Positions 8,343 through 16,198 of a stretch of 22,373 bases of DNA are shown here, piece by piece. Origin of the DNA: an uncultured virus (IMG/VR IMGVR_UViG_3300048930_000898) (taxonomy: Duplodnaviria; Heunggongvirae; Uroviricota; Caudoviricetes); the IMG/VR virus record IMGVR_UViG_3300048930_000898; one strand, 5' to 3'. The notes beneath the pieces are model-generated. The model saw only the letters and a list, made by a program, of their open reading frames with translations. It made no database searches and was not told the DNA's origin. The translations under genes were made by a program, and so were the position numbers. Position 1 is the stretch's first letter, and every line of letters starts with the position of its first letter.

Positions 8343-10122
8343 TTTTCTTAGATTCAACTAAAGATAGTAATTGTTGAAATTTCTCTCTTGGACTGTTTTG
8401 ATATTGAGTGGTCTCTTTTTTCTCATCAGCCTTTCTAAGAGCATTAGCCCTTTCAACAAATTTATTAAACTCGTCTTGTTCAATTTCAGTTAAAGGTCTA
8501 AAATCACCGTTCATAATATCATAAAATATACTATGTCTAGTATATACCCTTGTTGCATCGTTTAAACCAACTTCTCGAATTTTACTATACTGCCAACCAG
8601 AGGCAGTTAAAGGAGTTTCAGCTTGAACACGTTTAAGAGGTTGCCAGACTGTTATAATATAATCGCAAAACCAAGCAAATTGAGCAGCTCCATATGCAGC
8701 GTTAATACCCATTGGTGTGTCACCGTGACCGGCTCTTTCAATTGTACTTTGGTTTTGTATAATAAGAAAACAATTTAAATCTTCTGCGATTACTTTCATT
8801 AATCTGCACATTTCTTTTACAGAAATAGTCTTTACTTTACCTCTTCCGGAGTTTACATCAGTTGATACATCAAAATTAGGTTCCTTAGTTGTATCAATTT
8901 TATCTGAAAGAGCCATAAAGTGGTCAATAACGACGCACCCTGGTTTTTTGTTAAGAGATTTACAAGTGTCTTGTACAAATTTATAAATATGTTGCCAAGT
9001 TAGTCTTTCGTCTGTGTTTTTATTATCAATCACAAAAAGACGTTTACCATCTGGATGATCCTTTCCAACTAGTTTTTGCCATCTTTGAACAATTTGTCTC
9101 GCTGGCATTTCTAAGCTGAAAAAGAAATGAATATCATCATTTGATTTCCTATTATTCATGATGATATCTTTAATAATTTTCAAACTGACACTCGATTTAC
9201 CGGTGCCCGATCCGGCAACGACGCCAAGAACTTCGCCTTTACGCCAGCGTTCTTCTGTACAATCCCAGAAGCTAGGGCCATTTATTGCTTCATTTTTAAC
9301 ATATAAGCTTGCATCTTTTTCAAGATCAGAAATTGACATCGCAACATATTCTTGTTTCTCAGACAACCCCCTTGGGTCATACTTAGGATCATTTGTATAT
9401 GCAGATTCAATTGTTCTTTGTAATTCATTTTCGGTAAATTCATCATCAATACAAGGGCTTTTTATCAATCGCTCATAAGCCTCGTCGATGGTATATCCCT
9501 GTTCTTGAAAATCTTTAGCAGCTTTATATGCTGAAATATTTCTTTTACCGGATTGAGCACCTTCTACAATAAACTCCATTGTTCCTCGTGATAGCTTACC
9601 TTTTGTAAGCTTTAACTCAAGCTGAGGTGCTTGTAGAATATTAGGCATTACATTTTCAGTAACAGGGTCAAGGGTTTTACCGTTATTTATATGAATAAGT
9701 TCTTTAGATTTATAATAAAATCTAGCAAAATCTTTACACTGTTGGTCAATGAAAGGAAATTTATTGGACAGGGAGTACCAAGTATTCTTGTATATCTCCC
9801 TGTCCATTATGGAGGAGGAAAGTGGAATAATAATTCTAAATCTATCTACAATCTTGTCATTCTTCTCAATTTGATGAGATTTAGATGTTAGAATGGCATA
9901 TGTATATTCTTTAAATAACTCTTTAGCTCTTTCAATCGTACATCCTTCGTCAATGTCGATTGCAAAAACGTCACATCTAGACCAATTATTGCCGTGTCTA
10001 TAATTATTGTTAAATAAAAACGGACTCCAGTCATATTTAATTGTAAAAACTGATAGTTCGTTTAAAGATGTAACTTTAATATCTACGGTTTCGGTCAATC
10101 CGTTTAATCTAGAAACAAACAT
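8335..10122 (-). CDS. Primase-helicase: AEP/prim-pol-type primase, PriCT-like region and SF4 (DnaB-like) helicase
   Basis: AIDIDEG, TSKSH, RFRIIIPL, KDFARFYY (AEP); GKRNISAY (PriCT-like); GEVLGVVAGSGTGKS, FFSLEM, VVIDHF, IIQNQ (SF4). ATG at 10122 follows AGGAGG. Confidence 0.88.
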   Translation of the reverse strand: MFVSRLNGLTETVDIKVTSLNELSVFTIKYDWSPFLFNNNYRHGNNWSRCDVFAIDIDEGCTIERAKELFKEYTYAILTSKSHQIEKNDKIVDRFRIIIPLSSSIMDREIYKNTWYSLSNKFPFIDQQCKDFARFYYKSKELIHINNGKTLDPVTENVMPNILQAPQLELKLTKGKLSRGTMEFIVEGAQSGKRNISAYKAAKDFQEQGYTIDEAYERLIKSPCIDDEFTENELQRTIESAYTNDPKYDPRGLSEKQEYVAMSISDLEKDASLYVKNEAINGPSFWDCTEERWRKGEVLGVVAGSGTGKSSVSLKIIKDIIMNNRKSNDDIHFFFSLEMPARQIVQRWQKLVGKDHPDGKRLFVIDNKNTDERLTWQHIYKFVQDTCKSLNKKPGCVVIDHFMALSDKIDTTKEPNFDVSTDVNSGRGKVKTISVKEMCRLMKVIAEDLNCFLIIQNQSTIERAGHGDTPMGINAAYGAAQFAWFCDYIITVWQPLKRVQAETPLTASGWQYSKIREVGLNDATRVYTRHSIFYDIMNGDFRPLTEIEQDEFNKFVERANALRKADEKKETTQYQNSPREKFQQLLSLVESKKND

Positions 10123-10161
10123 TTTTCCTCCTAATTTAATCAAGCAATCTGCTTGTTAAAA

Positions 10162-10189
10162 TAGACAGTTTAGTCACATGTCTAGGTGA
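10162..10189 (-). promoter_or_regulatory. Predicted compact H-type RNA pseudoknot in the SSB / primase-helicase intergenic region
   Basis: Transcript UCAC-C-UAGACA-U-GUGA-CUAAAC-UGUCUA: stem 1 UCAC/GUGA, stem 2 UAGACA/UGUCUA. Confidence 0.6.
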
Positions 10190-10198
10190 TTAGTATTC

Positions 10199-10660
10199 TT
10201 ATCGTCGAGCGCGATTAGCAAATTTACCGGTAGATCCGCCATCAGGAGAATCTCCGTTAGCCGCAACTGCTGCAGCAACAGCAGCCTTGTCCGCAGCAAG
10301 AGCTTCAGCTGCCTGAGAGTCAAGAATTACATCGTCTGTATCTTGAGCAACCTCAAAGGTGGGAACCATTCGGAAGTTACCACTTGCATCTCGTGATTTT
10401 TTAGATTCACGAGTACCTGAACGAGTAATTTTAGTGAAAGCGTTAAGAATAACATTTCCATCTTCAATTTCTTCTTCAATGTAGCTCAAGTTACCATTTG
10501 GATACAAAGTTTCCACTGTACCTTCTTTTGTCAAAAGTTTAATTGCAAAATTAAACTTACTTGCTACTGTTCCAATGAGGTATCCTTCAACAGATTCTCC
10601 AACCTGCATGTCGCCAGATTTTCGTCCAGAGGCTCCACCCATTACTTTTTTTAGTGCCAT
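10199..10660 (-). CDS. Probable single-stranded DNA-binding protein (OB-fold-like)
   Basis: Strong AAAGGAG SD; beta-rich core (VGESVEGYLIG...FTKITRSG...FEV) with a flexible tail; directly upstream of the primase-helicase. Function is inferred. Confidence 0.55.
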   Translation of the reverse strand: MALKKVMGGASGRKSGDMQVGESVEGYLIGTVASKFNFAIKLLTKEGTVETLYPNGNLSYIEEEIEDGNVILNAFTKITRSGTRESKKSRDASGNFRMVPTFEVAQDTDDVILDSQAAEALAADKAAVAAAVAANGDSPDGGSTGKFANRARR

Positions 10661-10688
10661 TTGTTTTCTCCTTTATATATTAATAATA

Positions 10689-11477
10689 TCAGTTATTCGG
10701 AATTAGTAAAGTCTTACTTTTTTCTTTATCTAAAAGATTTGTTCTACTTTTAGCTTCAGAACCACACTTGGTACATTTATATCGTTGGTATTTGCCAACG
10801 CTAGTAAATTTATAACCTTTCTTTATGAAAGAAGTACTACCACATGCACATACGTTTTCTACAGAGTCTGAGTAAACGTTAAAATTAATACTGCTATCCC
10901 AGGGTTGAAGTTTATTATAAAGTTCTTCCGTAGCTAAAATATCTTGAATATTGTATTTTTTCATTTCAGCCCAAGCGGCTTTATTACCTTTTAAACATTC
11001 TTTCCATAGTTCAAAACCAGGAAATTTTTTATGAGTTAATTTTTTATGTTTTTTACATAGTTTTTTAGATAGATACTCTAATTTATTTGAGGTAAAGTTA
11101 AAATATTTTTTAGCAATCCTCATGGTGTCTATTTGTTTAAAACTAGAAGGAGGTTGCATTCCATGGATAAGCATTCTTGCTTTAATCCGTTTAATATCAA
11201 AAGAGGTAGAATTTTGACCTATAACAATATCTGAAGCATCTAAAAGATTCCATAGGTCTTCTAGCAAAGGTTTGTCATTTGATATGTTTTTTGCTTTACT
11301 TTGGTCTTTATAATAGACTTTTTTCTCGTTTAAAAATTTAGCAGAATAAGAAAGTAAATGCCAGTCTTCTACTACCTGATTCAAGGCAACGTTTTGATCA
11401 AATAAACCCCAAGTATATGAAATTATTGGGCTTGTCTCAATATCAACAATAAGAATTCTAGGAAAATTAGATTTCAT
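10689..11477 (-). CDS. RNase H-like (DEDD, RNase_H_2/YprB-type) 3'-5' exonuclease with C-terminal zinc ribbon
   Basis: ILIVDIETSP, GQNSTSFDIK, IDTM, SNKLEYL, YNIQDI; C-terminal CACGS...CTKCG. Confidence 0.85.
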   Translation of the reverse strand: MKSNFPRILIVDIETSPIISYTWGLFDQNVALNQVVEDWHLLSYSAKFLNEKKVYYKDQSKAKNISNDKPLLEDLWNLLDASDIVIGQNSTSFDIKRIKARMLIHGMQPPSSFKQIDTMRIAKKYFNFTSNKLEYLSKKLCKKHKKLTHKKFPGFELWKECLKGNKAAWAEMKKYNIQDILATEELYNKLQPWDSSINFNVYSDSVENVCACGSTSFIKKGYKFTSVGKYQRYKCTKCGSEAKSRTNLLDKEKSKTLLIPNN

Positions 11478-12030
11478 TTTTAACCTTTCGATTTATCTGT
11501 GCTTGTCGTCTTGCTTTTGTCCACGGTTTGCCCTTAAAACGCGCAGAAACTTTTAATCTGTTTTTGTTAGAAATTGTTCTTCCTATCAAAGCTTGACTTA
11601 TTTTGTTTTTATGTTCTTCAGTGAAAATTCTTGTTGTCCCTATTTTTGCAGCGGATAGTTTTTTCTTATGCTCATCTGTAAATTTTCTACCTTTTAGCGC
11701 TTTACTTAGTTTCTTCTTTGTTTTATTAGATCTCTTAATACCCAATACGCTTCTTGCCTGTTTACACATATTATATTCTGGATTCAGCTGGTCTATATAC
11801 TGTTGTTCTAAAGATATTAATCTATCTGGATTACAATATTCTATAACTTCATAAATAAATACTTTTTTACCATTCTTATTATAAGTTCTTTGCAAATGAG
11901 TATTCGGATGTGTATTTCTTTTGAGATCAACTTTATGACGAGTAATGCGCATAGTGACATTAACAGAAGAACCGATATACATTTTGTTATTCTGTATATT
12001 AGTTATTTTATAAATACCGCTTTTACTCAT
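11467..12030 (-). CDS. Free-standing GIY-YIG homing endonuclease with NUMOD3-like DNA-binding repeats
   Basis: SGIYKITN...KMYIGSS...R...H...LEQ...YN; repeats FTDEHKKKLS and FTEEHKNKIS. Overlaps both flanking genes, so it is not intron-encoded. Confidence 0.92.
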   Translation of the reverse strand: MSKSGIYKITNIQNNKMYIGSSVNVTMRITRHKVDLKRNTHPNTHLQRTYNKNGKKVFIYEVIEYCNPDRLISLEQQYIDQLNPEYNMCKQARSVLGIKRSNKTKKKLSKALKGRKFTDEHKKKLSAAKIGTTRIFTEEHKNKISQALIGRTISNKNRLKVSARFKGKPWTKARRQAQINRKVKNEI

Positions 12031-12290
12031 TTCTTATTCCTTTTACTTTTTTTACTAGTATCAGGTCCATTTAAAGACTTTACCACGGTTGAGTTATTAT
12101 GTCCATGGATAATTTCAATATCTTCAATTGTATTAAAAATACTTATAGAAGGATGATTTCCTGTAATCCATTCCATTACACATTTACCTGATGGTAGTTT
12201 TGCAATTAGGGCCACAATACCGACACCAGATACACCAGTTCGGTCTTTTTTTCTAACAAGTTGATATAATTGAATTTTATCACCGTGCAT
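12027..12290 (-). CDS. Conserved phage protein of unknown function
   Basis: Pattern LxRxxDxTGVSGxGxVA...G..V.EW...IHGH recognised as a recurring uncharacterised phage/bacterial family. Confidence 0.75.
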   Translation of the reverse strand: MHGDKIQLYQLVRKKDRTGVSGVGIVALIAKLPSGKCVMEWITGNHPSISIFNTIEDIEIIHGHNNSTVVKSLNGPDTSKKSKRNKK

Positions 12291-12296
12291 ATTTAA

Positions 12297-12845
12297 TTAC
12301 TCAAAACTCCACCCAGTAAAAATAAAAGAGACTGGAGTGTTATTAGGAATCTGTGGGCTATCTAGACTAATAATGATTTGCTGCTGATCAGTTACTTGTA
12401 CGGCATGTCCTACAGGCGAATAGTTATTGTTATCAGAACAAAGATCACCTCCGCCGGAAAGCAAATTAGTTTTTGCGTATTTAAAATCGTAAATAGTACT
12501 ACTTGTTGGATTATTTCGTCTTTGATAACAAAGTCTTTTTGAACCAAGGGTTAAAGTAATCCAGCCTTGTTGACTAGTAGAAGCAGACGTAGGAGCAATA
12601 AGATGCAATGGAACTATAATTGATCCATTAAAAGGGATATCTAATGGAGTTGGAGAAACTCCTCTAGATTCTGTAACCTCTAATTCCTGCTGGTTATATA
12701 AAATATCATTACCCGGTTGACCAGTTTCACCTGTATCTCCTTTTGGACCAGCAGGGCCCACTGTATATATATTTTCATTATCACCGCAAGCCATAATTGC
12801 TAATGCTAAAAACATAAATATTGCTAAAAACAAAAGTTTATTCAT
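12297..12845 (-). CDS. Lipoprotein with short collagen-like (Gly-X-Y) repeat
   Basis: Signal peptide ending IMA|C; GPAGPKGDTGETGQPGND (six G-X-Y triplets); beta-rich C-terminal domain. Confidence 0.75.
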   Translation of the reverse strand: MNKLLFLAIFMFLALAIMACGDNENIYTVGPAGPKGDTGETGQPGNDILYNQQELEVTESRGVSPTPLDIPFNGSIIVPLHLIAPTSASTSQQGWITLTLGSKRLCYQRRNNPTSSTIYDFKYAKTNLLSGGGDLCSDNNNYSPVGHAVQVTDQQQIIISLDSPQIPNNTPVSFIFTGWSFE

Positions 12846-12887
12846 ATTATTAATTTCTTTTTATTTGTTTTTTTTAAAACCATTCTG

Positions 12888-12960
12888 CTCCGGGGGCAGG
12901 TACCGCCCCTGCCTTGACACTGGTTAACAGCCAGCCGCTTGCCTTCTCAGCCACCCCGGA
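12888..12960 (-). tRNA. tRNA-Asn(GTT) with non-canonical T-loop; CCA not encoded
   Basis: Acceptor TCCGGGG/CCCCGGA, U8, D-stem GCT/AGC with AG..GG loop, anticodon arm GCTGG-CTGTTAA-CCAGT, T-stem GCAGG/CCTGC, discriminator G. Confidence 0.85.
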
Positions 12961-12981
12961 GCACAATGGTTTATTTTATTA

Positions 12982-13104
12982 TTAAGACATTAATACAACA
13001 ATAGACATTGCTACAACAGTAAGCGCAACTGCAACTAAAACATTTTTTACAGAAACTGATGTTTTCTTTTTTGTTTTTTTAATTTTTCGTACTTTATTTT
13101 TCAT
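12982..13104 (-). CDS. 40-aa single-pass membrane peptide (not in ORF track)
   Basis: MKNKVRKIKKTKKKTSVSVKNVLVAVALTVVAMSIVVLMS; GAGG SD; fills the gap between the peptidase gene and the tRNA. Confidence 0.65.
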   Translation of the reverse strand: MKNKVRKIKKTKKKTSVSVKNVLVAVALTVVAMSIVVLMS

Positions 13105-13109
13105 TTCCT

Positions 13110-13613
13110 CTACTCCTTACAATTTAAATGTATTAAAGGGTTATATTTAGAGTATGCCACAGAAAACAATTCTTGTAAATAGTAATCTTTATTCAATTTA
13201 TAAGCAGTCATATGTAAAACTGAGGACATTAAACTAGAAGGAAAAATACAAGAATCTTGAAAGGTTAACTCACATTTATCTAAATGTGGCCTATTTAATA
13301 CACAATGACCTAGTTCATGAAATATTAAAGCTTCTTTTTCATAATCCTTTGCGCTTTTATAAAAACCTATATCAATAACAATAAGCCTAGGATTGGAAAA
13401 AACACAATATCCTATACGATTGGGTGATTCTGTTGTTCTAGTGTGCCCGAATTCTATTGTTAAAGAAGGCCAATTAAACTCTCTTCCTCTTCTTTCTGCC
13501 TCTTTTTTAAATAATTCTACATATTTAATTAAATCAGTTTCACCATCAATTACGCTAGCAGAATGTGTATTACCGCAGGCAAGTAAAAGAAAAAATATCA
13601 AATAACGAATCAT
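13110..13613 (-). CDS. Lipoprotein zinc metallopeptidase (zincin)
   Basis: Lipobox LLA|C; IFHELGHCVLNRPH (HExxH plus third His); SLM Met-turn-like motif. Confidence 0.8.
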   Translation of the reverse strand: MIRYLIFFLLLACGNTHSASVIDGETDLIKYVELFKKEAERRGREFNWPSLTIEFGHTRTTESPNRIGYCVFSNPRLIVIDIGFYKSAKDYEKEALIFHELGHCVLNRPHLDKCELTFQDSCIFPSSLMSSVLHMTAYKLNKDYYLQELFSVAYSKYNPLIHLNCKE

Positions 13614-14074
13614 TTGGCTAAATCTTTTAAAAGTTGTTTTACTTCTTTGATTTTATTAAGTTCTTTAGCAAGATCGTAAACAAGTTCTAATTCTTCTTCA
13701 TATATTTCCATGAGCCTCTTGGGTAGTTTACCAACGTCATCCAGTTGTTCTCTAAGATCAAGCACAAGCTCTAATTTATCCGCAAGTTTTGCTAATTTCT
13801 TTTGAGTTTTATCTTTAAATTCTGGTCTTAATTTTTCAAAATATTCAAGACCTTTAATATGAGCTTTAGCTGGACTTGGAATATCGCCCGTTTCTGCTTC
13901 TTCAATATCATGACAAAGTGCAGCAATAGTTTCAGTTCCACCTAAATAATCATAAATTACCGCAACTCTAAAACTATGTTCACCAACTGATTTTCTTTGT
14001 TGAAGTCTATGTGTTTGAAATCTTTGAATAATATGTAATTTTAAAGCTAATTTTAATTGTTCAAATGTAAGCAT
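13610..14074 (-). CDS. HD-domain phosphohydrolase, YfbR-like 5'-deoxynucleotidase family
   Basis: QRF...SVGEHSFRVA...ALCHDIEEAETGDIPSPAK...KLADKLE; AGGAG SD. Confidence 0.88.
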   Translation of the reverse strand: MLTFEQLKLALKLHIIQRFQTHRLQQRKSVGEHSFRVAVIYDYLGGTETIAALCHDIEEAETGDIPSPAKAHIKGLEYFEKLRPEFKDKTQKKLAKLADKLELVLDLREQLDDVGKLPKRLMEIYEEELELVYDLAKELNKIKEVKQLLKDLAK

Positions 14075-14091
14075 CTATATCTCCTAACAAC

Positions 14092-14100
14092 ATTATATCA
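14092..14100 (-). promoter_or_regulatory. Extended -10 sigma70-type promoter upstream of the HD gene
   Basis: TGaTATAAT on the minus strand, shortly upstream of the AGGAG SD; no good -35. Confidence 0.55.
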
Positions 14101-14114
14101 TACTATTCATTTTT

Positions 14115-14456
14115 TTACCACAGTTTGAACAAAATACCCATTTGGAGGCCTACATCATCAAATCCCTTTGTTTTCAGTTCTTTCTTATAAAAAATGTTCG
14201 AATTAACGCTAAAAAAATCATTAAATTTATAATCGATACCCTGCTTAGAATAGATTTGTTTATATTCTTCTAATTCATGTTCGTACTCTAGATATAAAGT
14301 AAAACTTAAATTATTGTTCAAAGGTTCAAAAACATCTAAAAATGTCTTATAATTTGAAGCGCCGTCTTTTAAACTTCTTTGTGATTCAAACCCTAATTCT
14401 CCGGATGCTTCAAGAGTTAAAGGTATCATTATTAAAAGTGATATTAGTCTTACCAT
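14115..14456 (-). CDS. Small exported outer-membrane beta-strand protein (113 aa)
   Basis: Start moved to ATG 14456, giving signal peptide MVRLISLLIMIPLTLEA|S; six alternating-pattern strands; C-terminus MGILFKLW. Confidence 0.65.
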   Translation of the reverse strand: MVRLISLLIMIPLTLEASGELGFESQRSLKDGASNYKTFLDVFEPLNNNLSFTLYLEYEHELEEYKQIYSKQGIDYKFNDFFSVNSNIFYKKELKTKGFDDVGLQMGILFKLW

Positions 14457-15672
14457 GTTCAGTTTTCTCCCATAAGGTCGGATTAAATATATTCTGCCAT
14501 AAGGCTCTATAAGTTGCAATAGACATTAACAACCAGTAAAAGGGTAATAATATTGAACATATGGCACATTTAAACTTTCTAGAAGCAAAGTATGAAACTA
14601 AGATCATCGAAAAATTTCCAGCTATTAAGCAAAAAAGTAATAGAAAATAGGGTGTATTTTCAAACAAAACTTGTATATATTCAGGGTCAAAAAATAACCA
14701 TGATGTGAAGAAAAAGTATAAAATAGGGTTAATTAAATTAACAAAGAATGTTCCAAATATGAATGTAAGAAAAGAAAAATAATCCCTTAGATAAAAATTT
14801 GTATATAATTTTTTATTTCTTATGTGCTTTAAAAATGTTTGAATATATCCCTTATTCCACCTGGTTCTTTGTTTAATCCAGGATTTTATATCAATTACTG
14901 ATTCTTCGTATGTTATTGAATCAAGAAAACTTGTTTTATATCCTTCTATTCTTAATCGAATTCCTAATTCTGCATCCTCTGTTACATTTTCAGCATCCCA
15001 GCCATTTAATTTTTTTAATACACTTGTTTTAAAATGATTGCTTGTTCCGCCGAGTGGGAATATTGAATCTATTTTTGCTACACCTTTAATAAAAAAATCA
15101 AACCAGGTTGCATATTCAATACAAAACAATCTAGTGAGTATATTTTCTTTACAATTAAACCAGTTTAGACGAGCCTGAAGACATACATATTCCTTTGGAA
15201 GACTATTAAACTTATACACGGCTTTTTTCAATTGAGATGGCTCAGGAATATCCTCTGCATCATATATTGTTAAAAATTCACCAGTCGCAGTTTTTAGTCC
15301 ATAATTACAAGCATTTGGTTTTGTTTTAATTTTACCGTGAGGCACGATTACTTTTTTAAAATAATTAGGAGTAGATAAACCGTTAAGATGTTGAATCATT
15401 AGTTTGTCATCTTCTTCTATCAAAATTTTAACATCTAATTTATCTTTAGGGTAATCAATATTACTAATTGATTCTATTAGCTTATTTATAACACCGGTTT
15501 CTTTGTACACTGGCAAGAGAATTGTATATACAGGAAAACTTGTTATTTCTTTATAATCTTCATTTGAAACTCTTGAATAGAAAGATAAAATAATCTTGTA
15601 CAAAGTAGTATAGAAATAAAACAAATGAATTAAAAAAATTGATAGTGAAAATAAAAACACATTTACTTTCAA
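14410..15672 (-). CDS. Processive membrane glycosyltransferase family 2 (XagB/NfrB/cellulose-synthase-like)
   Basis: YTILLPVYKE, KTKPNACNYG, IYDAED, PLGGTSNHF, GWDAENVTEDAELG, QRTRW (QxxRW), C-terminal TM helices and WEKTEHG. TTG start overlaps the upstream TGA. Confidence 0.92.
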   Translation of the reverse strand: MKVNVFLFSLSIFLIHLFYFYTTLYKIILSFYSRVSNEDYKEITSFPVYTILLPVYKETGVINKLIESISNIDYPKDKLDVKILIEEDDKLMIQHLNGLSTPNYFKKVIVPHGKIKTKPNACNYGLKTATGEFLTIYDAEDIPEPSQLKKAVYKFNSLPKEYVCLQARLNWFNCKENILTRLFCIEYATWFDFFIKGVAKIDSIFPLGGTSNHFKTSVLKKLNGWDAENVTEDAELGIRLRIEGYKTSFLDSITYEESVIDIKSWIKQRTRWNKGYIQTFLKHIRNKKLYTNFYLRDYFSFLTFIFGTFFVNLINPILYFFFTSWLFFDPEYIQVLFENTPYFLLLFCLIAGNFSMILVSYFASRKFKCAICSILLPFYWLLMSIATYRALWQNIFNPTLWEKTEHGKTNITFNNDTFNS

Positions 15673-15842
15673 TTAAACAGTTTTGTTTCAATATCTTCAA
15701 CTGTTATTACTATAGAATTATCAACGGCCTCAACTATAACAATATTGGGTCCATTATTTTGGACAACCAGTTCAAGTCCATTGAAAATGCTATCAATGGT
15801 ATCTTGTTTAAGTCGAAAGTTATCTTTTGGTTTTAATCTCAT
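15669..15842 (-). CDS. Hypothetical protein (57 aa; not in ORF track)
   Basis: MRLKPKDNFRLKQDTIDSIFNGLELVVQNNGPNIVIVEAVDNSIVITVEDIETKLFN; overlaps neighbours at both ends. Confidence 0.65.
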   Translation of the reverse strand: MRLKPKDNFRLKQDTIDSIFNGLELVVQNNGPNIVIVEAVDNSIVITVEDIETKLFN

Positions 15843-16198
15843 TTAATCACGCTTTTAACTGGAACTTCTACTTCGATTTCATGATCAGACTCAACCACTC
15901 CGATGATATCCATTATATCACCAACTCTTACATATCTATCCTCTTTTACATGAAAAAAATAGTTTTGATCATGAATTTGATTTATTTGAAATATCCAGTT
16001 TTCAAACTGAGTTCTACCGGTGACCATGGTATAATCATATTCAGTTTTATATACACAACCCTCGATTACCCTAGAAATAATATTCTCGCCGTTTTTTAAT
16101 CTAAAAGTCGCAAATGATTTTTTAACATTAAACTTTCTTTTTTCCATGGTCCAAATAGTTGTATCTTTTTTAAAAAGCTGCGCCAAATTCTTCAACAT
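15839..16198 (-). CDS. Hypothetical protein (119 aa)
   Basis: Co-oriented ORF with AAGGA SD inside the helicase 3' end. Confidence 0.7.
   Translation of the reverse strand: MLKNLAQLFKKDTTIWTMEKRKFNVKKSFATFRLKNGENIISRVIEGCVYKTEYDYTMVTGRTQFENWIFQINQIHDQNYFFHVKEDRYVRVGDIMDIIGVVESDHEIEVEVPVKSVIK

Noticed and set aside
11467..12030. Group I intron housing the GIY-YIG endonuclease
   Set aside because: The ORF overlaps both neighbours, leaving no room for intron core sequence, and the flanking genes appear intact and unrelated.
5698..14074. Definitive Z-genome (2-aminoadenine) call
   Set aside because: No PurZ in the window, and the HD protein cannot be distinguished from generic YfbR-like enzymes by eye.
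14410..15672. GT2 as a DNA-modifying glucosyltransferase
   Set aside because: Multiple TM helices and the QxxRW motif indicate a membrane polysaccharide/glycolipid synthase, not a soluble DNA glycosyltransferase.
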